Positions 28,091-40,445 of a DNA stretch of 64,000 nucleotides are shown in pieces. The notes beneath the pieces are model-generated. The model worked only from the letters and a program-made list of their open reading frames with translations, was not told where the DNA came from and ran no database searches. Both the position numbers and the translations under genes were made by a program. Source of the DNA: Chrysomallon squamiferum (lineage: Eukaryota > Animalia > Mollusca); the NCBI GenBank assembly GCA_012295275.1, contig CM022674.1, forward strand, positions 9,610,001 to 9,674,000, read 5' to 3'. Each line of letters starts with the position of its first letter. Positions within the stretch are counted from its first letter, which is position 1.

Positions 28091-29601
28091 ATGAATAGCC
28101 CGAGACCATTTAAGATTTGGAGCAGTGATCGTAGCAACAAGAAGTCTGTAACTGCTTCATCACTTGATGAGCTCATTAGAAAAGGTAAAGTTTTATACTG
28201 ATGCAGAATCATAATACTTTTAGTCTCACATTTTAAATGATTTATTTTTAAAAACTGATGACAATAATTAAATATAAATCATAATAAAATGAAAAATATA
28301 AAAAGAATATCCCAGTAAAAGTTATTGTTAATAATATTTATTTAAAGTTGATATTGCCCATGTGTAATGAATTTGTAAAATAATTATCAGTTTGGAGCTT
28401 TAAATTGAACTGAACATTGTTTAATATCTTGTTTCAGCATTTACTACATGGGAATATGTAAAATAGTCAGTAATAGGTTTAAGTATTATAATTTCTGTTT
28501 AAGGAAAGATTAAGCTTGGTTTGTCTGAATCAGAAAAAATATGTCTGGTTTTAAATGAGGATGGCACTGAAGTTGATGAAGAGGATTACTTTACATTTCT
28601 GCCTTATAATTCTACTCTGTTAGTGCTGAGACCATCAGAAAAATGGCATCCCCAGGGATCAGGTCAATACTGCAGCTTTCTTTCTACAAACTGAACTTTA
28701 ATTGTTTTTTGTAACAAATAAATGAACTATTTTCTTTCAATATTTTTTGAATAAATTATTAGTATTGGTAGTAGTTCCAGGTATAGTTTATAAGATAAAA
28801 TTAATCCTAACTAACTGTAAACTTAAAAATATTATTAACTGTTTTCATTTTTATGGTTAATTGTAAACAACATAAAAGTTACCTACTACAAAACTGAAAA
28901 TGTAAATTGTATAACAATTTTGGATCCAGAATGCATTTGATTTTTATTATTATTTAACAGGTACAAATGAGGAATATATTTATCTGTTTTACAGAAAGAA
29001 TATATTAGTTAACTGGATCTCATATTAGAATTAATATTAAAAACAATTTAAAATTTTGTTTTAATAACACAGAAGAATTTGCCCGAGATGAACCTGACTT
29101 CATGGCAGCAGAGGAAACTCTGTCAGAACATGTGAAACAATTGGTGCTGAATCTCAAGAAAGATGTTTCAAGAATTATTACTTTCTCTAATGAAGACTTA
29201 CAGGTGCGTGGATAATAAACAGCTGTTTAGACTTCATATTAATTACCTTAATTTACATTTCTTTATTCATATTGACATAGCAAGTTGAAGCAGATTAAAA
29301 ACCTCATTTGTATACTATGTTAGATGTATCAAATGTTTTTATATTCAGACAGAAACAGAATTTAAAAATATTTTTCCTTTGACAGCAAATTGTTGACATT
29401 TCAACAGAAAGCTTATCAGCCCTGTTACAGGACACAGAAAGTTACGCCAAGGCATTACAGGAATCCTGTCAGCGACATCTTGATGAACGGAACCAGACTA
29501 CTGAGGCTATTGATTTGTTACGTTTGTACCACAAGGCAAGACAAGTCAGTCCATATGTGGAAAATGATCCCACTAAGAAGAGGAAGACAGACAATTTGTA
29601 A
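28091..29601 (+). CDS. DFFA: DNA fragmentation factor subunit alpha (DFF45/ICAD)-like, 4 coding exons, 199 aa
   Basis: Exons 28091-28184, 28504-28662, 29073-29203, 29386-29601. CIDE-N motifs RPFKIW...KKSVTASSLDEL and LVLNEDGTEVDEEDYF. Caspase-type site DEPD, DFF-C-like LKKDVSRIITFSNEDLQQIVD...LQESCQRHLDER...LLRLY, and a C-terminal basic NLS-like KKRK. Confidence 0.9.
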
Positions 29602-31814
29602 ATATTCATCAAGTATTACTGTTATTAGACATATATTCATGGGGACTTTATTTTCTATATTTTTTTACTGTTAAATTTGACTTAAAACATTCCAAACAAA
29701 TGAAACAATTACCCATAATACAGTGATTTTAAAAGAAGTTGGTTTGATTCTTACTTATTTCATGATCATTGCCTAACAGCAAGAAGACAAAGTATATTTT
29801 TAAATGTTATCTTCAGTTTATAACATAACCACTATGGGTTGGTTAAGTTAAATAAAAATACAGTAATATATTAATATTGCATGAAGAATGGGCCCATGCT
29901 CTTGAAAAGGATACAGATTTGGGGGCTGCAGACTCTGGATGATGGTGGCATATTCATGAGCAGATTCAGAATCTGAAAACATCTGCTAAGGAAATAAGCA
30001 GGCTCCTGTACAGATGACTGTACAAAGTTTCATAACCTGTCATCATTAGTTTATGAAATACACCAGCATGTTTTGAATAGTTTTCATTGAAAATAGCCAT
30101 TTTGAATAATTAGGAATGTTTCTAATTTTTATACCCCTCTTTCTATAAACAACATTAGACAATGCACCCATTTTCAAATGGCGAAGCTGAGTTTTCATCA
30201 GAAGTAACAAAAATCTTCATTCATTGCTACTATGTAGGATCATTGTTCCTTTCTGAATTCTGTTAATGGTCAAGAAAATAATAATAATAAAAGAAAACAG
30301 GTACCTTTCAAAAGTAGAAGGTGAAAAAAAACAATGTTTTGTTGATTATTGATGGTAATAAATAAAATATTGCCTTAATTTAAATAAATATAGTACTGGC
30401 TAGATTATTCTCATGAAGACATATATTCTATTAATAAAATACATAAGACAGATTAGTTAAATTATTTATTAATTTCTTGCATATGGAAAAAAATAAAATA
30501 ATATACTAAAAGTCAAGAAAAACAATAACAACTGTATGCAAAAGTTCATACTCTTGTTAATAAAGATAAAGTCCAGCTTTGATATACTGACTACTTAATA
30601 AAATATATATAATAATATGTTATAATAATAGTTTATGTTCAATTAGTGTTATAATACATATATCATCAATATAGGTACATTCAAATAATATAAAAATGTG
30701 TAATTGATTATTTTAACCATTGTTTTTGGAACAAAGTTGTTGTTTTGTATATTCTTATATTTGTTAGTAAAAATAATGTATTAACACAGAAATAAAATTT
30801 TACTGCATGCAATATAGCAAATACATATAAAAATTAAAACGGTAATTTTCTATTTGGCCATAGCAAAAACAAGAAATAAAGCAATATTATATCACAATAA
30901 TTTAAAATATTAATACTGATTCACAAGTAAACTAATACAAAATACATTTTAATACTGTAGAAGTGACATTAATAAACTGTTACAGGAATCAACTAATATC
31001 TTCCATCATTTAAATGTTATAATACTGTAGAGAAATTAACAATAATTTTCATCATTTAAATGATATAATACTGTTTGCATGATAAATAGTTTTTGTTCTT
31101 TTAAACCAATAAAAAGTTCAGTTTTGTAATATTTTTGGCATCGTATTCAAAACGCAATGAAATAAACCTTTTATCAAAATAAGTTTTTTGTTTATTTTTG
31201 TTATTTTATAAATATCAATAAAGAAACCCTCAATACTTATTTTGTTGAAAACAAAACAAAACAAAAAAAAACAGTGAATATTTTTAACATAATCTACAGG
31301 TTGAAGATATCTTACAATAAATATTATTTCATAAAATCATTAAAGCTATGTAAAGTGTATTTGAAATTTAAATTAATTTGTTGTTTTGACTTGGACACTG
31401 TTTTTAATTGCTACATGTAGTCCTGAATCTGAAAAAGTAATTTTGTATAGGGGATCAACAACCAATATTACGAAAAAAAAACACTCTAATGTTTGGAAAA
31501 ATAAATACAATATTCAAAAAAATATATTTAAAAGAATCCAGATGATTTTGTGTATATTTGCTTTCATATTGTTTACTGTTGGGTTTTTTTGGTCAGGGAG
31601 TGTTCAGTGTCCAAAATATCATATATAAATTTAAATACAAGTAACTTACAAAATTGATCTGATGTTTGAAAAAACCCAGACAGGAAGTTAGATTATTTCT
31701 TTAACAAATTACATTTAAGATTCATTGTGTTTTTTAAATATCACTCCAATCATTTTTATATAGGTGTTATACTGAAAACTAAATTATTATCTTCTTGGAG
31801 GATAAGACAGCTGC

Positions 31815-33544
31815 TCAACAAGAGACATCTGTGAGATTGTTTTCAATCTTCTCTGGTACCTTGAAGGCTGACACATTTCTCAGATTGAAGTTTTGGTTTG
31901 TCAGGTTGTATTTATGCAGTTTTGTTGATTCTTCTCTTGGGTTGGCACATCTTAGTTTATTCAAGTTATCAGGCTCAGGTTGTCGTGGATCAGGAAATAC
32001 ATCTTTGGAAATAATTTCACGTGGATTTTTAGTGTATGATAATGAATATATGGAAAAGTAGTCCCCTAGCTTCTGTTCTGCTACTTGCTTTTCCCATTTT
32101 TTCTGCTTGCTGGACAGTAATCCAAAATTTGTTGGTTCATCTGTAAAATGATTAAGATTATATGAATATTGGCTTAACTCACACTGAGATTCTTGATGTG
32201 GAGTATTTATAAAATGTTTGATGAAATTTATCCAATGATTAGATTAACGTATAACTTTGGTACTAGGATCAAAAGAAAATGTTGAACATAGAATTCACAG
32301 TAAAGATGTCTTTAGTGAATGTAACTGTATTAACTACATTAAACTGTAAATTTACTTACGCTGTAATGGATAGTCAGATTTTTCTGGAATCCACTGCAAT
32401 TTGTGACCATTCCATTTTCTCAGTTTGTTTGTTTTCTCATTTTCTATCCATCTGCCATTGTAAAACTCATCATATCCAGATACCATATTGCTGGAAAATT
32501 TGTTGCCATCATGATGGTTTATAAGATGTTCTCGTTTCAGACCAGCATTTCTTGTTGCTGCATTACGACGGACAATGACATCTGGTTTACATGTACCATA
32601 AGCTCGGAAGTCTATTCTATGTGTGCTGTTGTGGTCATAATTTCTTTTATCATACTGTAAAAAGTATGTATTTAAATATAGAGGCATTTTTCTATATCTC
32701 AACACAAAATTATTACTTATAAATTAAATATTAATACTGAGCTGTTCAAAATAAATATTATAGTAATATTTTATTCTAAGTTTAGACTACATGTATTATA
32801 GTTATGGGAAAGTAGAAGTTTATACAAATAGGTATTCACAAAAAAAAAAAAAAAAAAGTCAACAGCAATTTTATTTCATTTTAGACCTATTTATAATTAA
32901 TTTTGTCAAGTATTATAATGAAAGCCAACAAGATGCTGAAAACAATTTATAATTCACCTGGATTAATATTTCATCAATAATACAAAATAAATAAGTGTAA
33001 GATAATAATAAAAAATAAAATTTAACAATGTGAAAATTTCAATAATGCTTTTTACTTAACAGAGTTTAGAAATAATAATATATAAATAAATTAAATAATC
33101 CTAATGCGTGGCACTTTCCATATGTCATAACACAATGTCACAAAAAAGCTAAAGCTTGATATAATCAATCATTCAAATGAAAATGCTATTATTATTATTA
33201 TTGATGATGGTGTAAAATGTACATCATACTGTCCACAGATAATGTATATTAACAAAACTAATTTTTTTCTAACAGTTAATTTTATAGTTTTGTTTTTAGG
33301 CACCAGCCAAATCTGATGATGATATACGTCAAATTTTCTCACCAGTAAAAATTGGTTTTTAATGTTTCAAAATAAATTATCGACTAGCTGATCTAGTAAT
33401 AACATTAAATTAATATTATTAGTACTAACGACATACTCGGAGTCTTTCTTCAAACCAGTTTCCAATTAGAACTGCTGGTGAATATCTCTGTTCAATCCTC
33501 CAGCAAGGAATGTTTATCATCTGTTGTGATGGTACTGTCGCCAT
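31815..33544 (-). CDS. CFAP107: Cilia- and flagella-associated protein 107 (C1orf158), 3 exons, 242 aa
   Basis: Exons 33544-33437, 32654-32360, 32140-31815. Motifs WRIEQRYSPAVLIGNWFEER, HLINHH, LRKWNGHKLQWIPEKSDYPL and PTNFGL match my recollection of human C1orf158 (VLTGNWMEER, LRTWNGQKLLWLPEKSDFPL, PTNYGL). Confidence 0.9.
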
Positions 33545-33593
33545 TTCTACAGTTTGTTTGCAGCACGTATTTTCGACATAGATGAACAGAATG

Positions 33594-33661
33594 CGGTAAC
33601 TATAACGTTGCTAGGTCTTTTGTATTAACCGGAAGTAAAACACGTTCGTTGATTTCCGGAA
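33594..33661. promoter_or_regulatory. RFX X-box-like site and two ETS sites upstream of CFAP107
   Basis: gttgctagg (33607-33615; cctagcaac on the - strand) next to ggtaactataac. ETS cores ccggaagt (33629-33636) and ttccggaa (33654-33661). All lie 50-120 bp from the CFAP107 ATG. Confidence 0.55.
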
Positions 33662-34045
33662 AATGCAATACACCAATGATATAAAATATAGCAAGAAAGT
33701 GTAGTGCTATTTCATTGTGCCGCTTTGGCAAAACAGCTCTGATTTCTCCAACAAAAAGATCATGGTTAAATTAATTTGTGTACATCATTAAAGCGGATTA
33801 TTTCTTTTATCCTCAACGCTTATTATTTAACATGAATCGTTCAGAAAAATTTAAGAAATACAATGATAAGTCTAATAGATGTTATGCTTTATTAGTTGCA
33901 GTTTATTAGAAATTTATTTTTATTTTTTTATTATTATTTATTTTCTTTAAATGGATAACAACAGTTTTTAAATTTCATCACTTTTTAGTAAAAATATCAG
34001 TATGTAAAAAATAAATAAATAAATAAATTATAACAATAATTAAAG

Positions 34046-34144
34046 TTATGACCTGCTGGAAAAAAGTCCTTTTTCATGACTTTTTGATATTTATGACCTG
34101 TATCCTTGTATTGGAAAAAGTCCTTTTCATGACTTTTGATATTT
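34046..34144. repeat. Short tandem duplication (~45-54 bp units)
   Basis: ttatgacctg...tggaaaaagtccttttcatgacttttgatatt occurs twice in tandem. Confidence 0.85.
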
Positions 34145-34472
34145 GCAGGGTTAGTTTCGGTTATCCCAGATAATAGGAATATATGGATATGAAAATTTGG
34201 ATATTTGCATATATTATATGTATTTATGTATGTATGTATCCTTGTATGTGAATAGTACGTCCATATAATCAATTAGTTTATCTGTCTGTATCTACATCTA
34301 GTTAGTGAGATAGATAGATGGATATAGATCTATAATGCATATTTATCATATTCATCTGTTGTCAAATTTTTAAAGGTTATTAAAGATTCGATTAGATATC
34401 TAATATTATTTCCCGGTAATTTGTTTAATGCTCCAGAAAAACAGAGGGAAATAAATACAAAGAAGAAACGTA

Positions 34473-37400
34473 ATGAGAGTCACACGCGCATCGCAGAAAA
34501 AGATATCGTCGAACACTCGGTTTAAGTTAGATTCAGACAATGAAGATTTTGAATCTCCAGTATTTGAAGATTTGAATTCCCGCAGCGAACAAAAGTCATC
34601 GGACGAAAGTAACGAGGAAAGCGAAAGTAAGATAATAGGTATAAACAAAAATTAGGCAATTCTAGTTCAGTAGTTGTCTTAAAAAGATAAAATCAAAATT
34701 TTTAAAATGTACAGTTAGTACTGATGTATGCTCACTCGAGTCACTGCTGACAGTGACACTAGACGTCTGATGACATTTTTCTCGAAATTGTGTTGCAAGT
34801 TGATTTGTTGATTTTTCTATAGGTTTTTTTTTACATTTTTTTTTTTACACATTTATTGATTTAAATGATTTATTTTTACTTTTGAAAATCTTGAAAAACT
34901 ACAAGTTTATCTTCCCCATATGTTATTAAGATAAATAATTAAATGTAAATTATATTATACACTGACAAACATTCATTGTGTTTAACTGGCTTTAAGAATA
35001 ACAAAGAAAAAGTTAAATTAATTATAGCAACATAGATTAGCCTGAAAAAAAAAATTTAAACACATTTTATAAAAAATAATTTCAGTTCACTTTCAAGTAA
35101 TTGGAAATTTTTAATAGACTGAGTAAAAGCAATACAAACACAAACTGAATTATTACAGTTTTTTCAATCCAAAGCCTTGATCTGTCAGTGAATGTTTTAC
35201 TTGTTCATTGGTAACCAGATATAAAGTTTATGATTAGAAATAGGCGCTGTTTAAATGTCACAAAAATATACTTTATGCACTAGTTCCAAGTAAAAAATGA
35301 AATAAGAATATATGCATTATTATTCATATGACATTTAAAGCAATTGTGTTTGTTAAAAAAATGAAGATGTTTGAAAATATAATTTACAGGATGGGTCAAA
35401 TATGGATGAGGTGATATTAAACATTTTCAGAGAGCATAAATATATGACTGACAAAATTCAGTAAGGTAGAGGAACCTTGTTAATAAAACTGTTAAGAACT
35501 GTTTCGTTTTTTTGTTTCATTCCAAAAAAGAGAGCTCTGGTGAGAATGATGTCAATGACCTAGTTTCTGATGATGAAGGACCTGATAGTATAAGCTTCTC
35601 AACAAGTCGAACCACAGCAGTGGCACAAATTAAAGAAACACTGAAGCAGATACATGATGAAAAATCTAAACAGAAGATAAAAAGGAAACAGAAAGATGAT
35701 CTTTATAAAGAACAGAAGGTATGATGTCTTTTAGAATTATGTTTTCATGTTTCTGCCTCTCCCAAGTCTTTCATTTGACTAGATATTTTTGGAAGTGTTT
35801 TTTTGTAATAATTGCATTCATTAGTTTAAAAAATTGCAGAGTATAAATTCTGTGTATCGTTGGGAAACTAACATATCAGTATAATATTCTTCTTTCCAGA
35901 ATAATCTTCCCATTACATACAGTGATTGCATGACATATATATATATATCTGTAAGCACACTTATCCAACTTTTGTTTGTTTCCAGAGAACAAAATTACAA
36001 AAGTTAGCCTCCAGCAAACTGCCTGATGACATTTTAGATTCTTTAACAAATGTAACTGAAACGAAACCACCTGAAAAGTGCAAACATGTTGCTATTAATG
36101 AATCAGGTAAGTATTCTACAATTCTCCTCCCATTAAAAGTAACAGTTTGTTTGATTTTTTCCCTTCTTTAAATTAAAATGTGTTTTTAGTTCACTAAAAC
36201 TAACTTCATAAATACTGTACATATTTAAATTTAATAATATCATCATTAAACTGTATTTTTTTATTATGTTTTTCATTATATTGCCATGGAATGAAATGAG
36301 AATCACAGCCAAATTCAGCTTCCAGGGACACAACTCTAAAAGTTTTATTTGTTTAACATTATCATTATCATTATTTTTTAATTAATATTATTAATTAGTT
36401 TATTATCTGTTTTTATTTTATGTATATATATATTTTTCAGTGCCTGTGTTTTTGTATGTTTTTAGTAATGTTACAGATATATTTCATCCGTTTTAGATAT
36501 AGTGTAGTTTAAAAAAAAAAAATTAATAAATTCTGTTTCACATATTAAGTTAGTTATATAGAATTATATTTTTGTTTATACAGGGGAAAAAAGACATATT
36601 GATGCACCAAAGAATGAACATATTCAAGAAAATGATAATTTCATTCCCCTCGAAAGGTAAATTAATATATTTTGGTTAATGCTAAAAACTGTTAAGAACA
36701 TTTTTTTTTAAGATTGTATTGTGTAAAAAATTCTTTTAATTGTATGTTTCAGGATTCTAGGGCATTTCCCCCTTCCCCAAATCATTTCCCCCCATATCTC
36801 TATTATATCATAATATTATTATATTATAATATACTATTATTAACATTATGTATATTATATTATTTTAATATTTTAAGCTTATTAATATCTTATTTTATTA
36901 ATTGATGGGGTGTTTCTGGGCAGGGGAATGAGCAGATGTAATTGTGATAAACATAAAAAGGCTGGTTTTTCTTCAGTGAATGAATTAGCATTAGTTAATT
37001 ACAATTAAGATTGTTTGTAATGTTAATTCCCTGGATTTTTCTTATTGTATTAATTGTAAGTTGTGATTGTGTTTAATTACCATGGTTCATTTTATTGAAG
37101 TTAACTAATTACGTTTGCTTGAATCAAAGAAATTAATTTACAAATCAAACAACTACTTGTGAGAACTACCCCATAGGACAAGGTACTCTTTGAGGATATA
37201 AAAGGAGGTAATATCTTAGTATGAGTCAATTACTTTCAAAACTAACAATAGCTTCTGTTACTTCTACATGTGGCAATGATAAGATAGTTATAGATGGCTA
37301 CATTTATGTGAAGCAGAAGGATCTCGCAAGAGGTGTGGTGTTGTATGAGTGTGAAATACGTAGACGAGGAAAGGTTAATAGTGGACAGTGTAAGGCTACG

Positions 37401-38937
37401 GTCAAGATGGAGAAGTGGGCCAATTGTTGGCAGATCTGAAGCAATACAAGTTTGGGCAACTATGAAACACTGCGCATTGGATACCATGGAAACACCACAG
37501 CAGATCCTTGCCACTGGGTGGCTGCAACACAACTACCTCTACAAGAACCACCAGAAGAGCAGTTCATCAAACAAAGCAACGAGCAAACGATCCCTTACCA
37601 GTTCCTCAACAAGTAACTGATCTTCTAATTCCTGACAACTATAAGCAGATGACCATGGCAAAACAATTCCTTCTCCATGACAATGAAACAGGCGATGCAT
37701 TTCACATGCTTGTCTATGCCTTCTGGCTCAGTCAAGCTGCTGGTTTATGGATGGAACTTTCAACTCTGCTTTCAGCTGTATACAGTATACACTCTCCACG
37801 ACTCCCAGATCATTCCTTGTGTTTATGTAGTTCTGTCCAACAAGCAAGAGACAACATATACTGAAAGTTTCTGAAGAATGCCAACTGTGACCTCAACCCT
37901 GACGCAGTTCTCGTGGATTTCGAAATGGGAGCAATCAACGCCATTTTCTGGATATTTCTGAAACGTTGTGAAGAAGGAACACTCACTTAACAGAATGACT
38001 GTTACCCAGATCCTAGCAGGAGAAGGTCCACCCCCTCAGTGATGAGTATACAGAGATATTGGGCAACGCCTACAAACAGTAGTCAGGGACTACCAGAACA
38101 GGCCCCGTCTCGTGGTGTGGCACACAATCTCCAAATGTAAATTTATTATGAAATCTAGGACATGTTTATAATTGTATATAAATGCCACACAAATGTACAT
38201 AAAAGTAAACTCATTCAACATAATTTGCATTTCATTGTTTCATTTATGTTTTCATAATAAAAGCTGTATAAAGGGGGAAATATCCTCATACCATGTATCA
38301 GGTAGATCAGCTTTTATGAACACTGTTGATACATTAGCAACCGTCATAATAATGTAGTATCAGAAGTTATCCAAACTGCTTTTTCAAAGTGGATTATTTT
38401 AAAAACAGTGGAACACAGTGTAATAAAAATATGATAAAGTGTATCCATTTAACTCAGATTTAACACAGTCCAAAATTGTTTATTTAGAAATTAGTGAGCA
38501 GTTTACTAAGTTTTTCTGTGTATTTTTAAAACTTTTGAATACATATTTCAGGTTGCAAGATATTGAAGTTGTTTCCCTTAAAAGCACAAAACAAAACTAC
38601 AAGAGTCTTGCTCAAAAGGCTGAAGAATTTAGACAAAAGCATTTGTATGGTGGAAAAATAAAGAGAGAAAGCTGTAATTATATTCTTTATCTTAACTTTT
38701 GTAAATGTCTTAATTTATCCTGTTCTTTTACCAGTTTGATCTGATCTATCTTCTTGGCACACCTGTTGATACTGATGTTTTTCAGTGTGTTACTTTGTCA
38801 AAGTTTGATAAGTTAAACTTCTAAATTATTCTAATATACCGTAGCAATATAAAAGTAATGGTTTTCCTTCTACTTTTTTTTAAATTTCAGTTGAAGATTT
38901 AAAGGCAAGAAGAGAGAAACACAAGACTTGTTATTAG
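34473..38937 (+). CDS. NOL7: Nucleolar protein 7-like (U3 snoRNA-associated), 6 exons, ~234 aa
   Basis: Exons 34473-34626 (alternative donor 34638), 35531-35718, 35986-36106, 36584-36656, 38552-38673, 38891-38937. Acidic N-terminus, SDDEGPDSISFS, a Lys-rich coil ending DLYKEQK, KLPDDILDSL and AEEFRQKHLYG resemble NOL7 (DDEAPEELTF, ELFIEQK, LLPDTILEKL, AQAFIHNSLYG). Confidence 0.75.
36753..38292 (+). mobile_element. Degenerate Mutator-like (FLYWCH-MULE) transposon in NOL7 intron 4
   Basis: TIRs agggcatttccccctt and aagggggaaatatcct. 9-bp TSD atgtttcag (36744-36752) / atgtatcag (38293-38301). FLYWCH-like ORF 37221-37439. MULE motifs WFMDGTF (37741), IPCVYVVLSNKQETTY and VLVDFEMGAINAI lie in shifting frames. 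Confidence 0.9.
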
Positions 38938-40445
38938 TAAAACTTTTATATTTTAATAATAAAAACATTATTCCAAAAAAATTGTATTGATTTATCCTGA
39001 ACCTATGATTTTGTGAAAACATAATAAATGTTTATTGTAGTGAGGTTAATTAGTAGAGAACTTATCTGTGATGTTTTCAGCCTTTTTACATTATGTACAA
39101 ACACATTTTCCCCTTACCTAATAATTTCTATTTATTTCTGATAACAATGGCTATATTTGTCTTAACTGCAGTTTAAAAGTACTGCTAATATTTAAGTGGA
39201 CTACATCAAAATGAAAAGGACATTAAACATTTTTATAATTGTTTACTTTAAACATGCATCCATTTACTAGTTCTGAATAAACTTGAATCATAATTGGGCT
39301 TACACAATGTGAGATAGCATGTTGTAGAGATCACAACTGTGAATACTAATTCATTGAACTAAATATGACGTTACATAAACATATCACTGAACTGATTAAT
39401 GATGATGATGATGTGTTGTTACAGAACTTGTATGAGGACATATTGAATGATGTCAGTTTTCTTCAGTGTAACAGATGTTCTCCCAACAGATTTTAATTTA
39501 AAATTGATGAAACAAAAAAATTATAATAATAATACTGCAAGTCATAATGAAAACACCCTTTTAAATAAGTAAATCTGTATATAAATGATTATTAACAATG
39601 AAGAGAATATCGATCAAACTTGTAATAATGCCATATCTAACAGCTGTTTTGATATTTAGGCTAGATGGAATTTTTATAGCTGAGGTAGAATTATAAAAAA
39701 TTTAAAATACTGATTGTTCTCAACTGTGATTGACTTTTATTTTTTAATCTATTTTTTACTTCCATATTTTATTTTTTGTTCATTTTCTTGTTTGTTTATT
39801 ATTATTATTATTTGTGAGACGTCGGAAGTGACGACAAAAAGAAAATGGCACAGAACATGATTTTAAGAAGTTTGATGAACAGTTTCTTACAAAGCTCATA
39901 GTTGCCTAATTAAAACAGAAATACTGAAAAAGATAACAACAATGGTCTTAACGCGACGTGTGTCACTGTAATAGTATAGTTAATTTCATATAAAAATCGG
40001 GGATCTTACGTGTTTTGGAAATTGTCCAGTGTTTTCCAGGACCTTAAAAGTTTTTGAAAATCATGTTTTGTTATCTTGACTGTGAAAACGTTATGGAAAA
40101 TCATGTCTTGCCTTAAATAAAATGCGTTAAATACTGGTTTGTTTCACCAATATTTAGCACCGACCCAACGCCCCGTTTTAACCGTATAGATTAGCCAAAA
40201 AAAAAAAAAAAAAAAAAAAAATGGTTCCGTTCTATCCTGAAAGATTAATTCAGGTTCACTTGCGCAGGAGGCTCGTGTTGCTAAAAACAACATTATTTCG
40301 TTTCCTGTATTCCAGTTTTTAAAATCCCGTCCGATACGAAAAAAGTATCGGCTTATAGTCTGAAAAAAATGTTAACACAGTTATAAATGCAGCTGAAATG
40401 CTTTAATACACCAGACATTTTAATTTTTAACGTATTATATAGTGA

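Noticed and set aside
33596-33615. Similarity to the 23S rRNA helix 69 / I-CeuI site (gtaactataacg)
   Set aside because: Only ~12 nt match with no flanking rRNA homology. Better explained as an RFX-like promoter motif or chance.
35390-35460. Possible cassette exon in NOL7 intron 1
   Set aside because: Open only in phase 0, while exon 1 ends in phase 1, which gives an early TGA.
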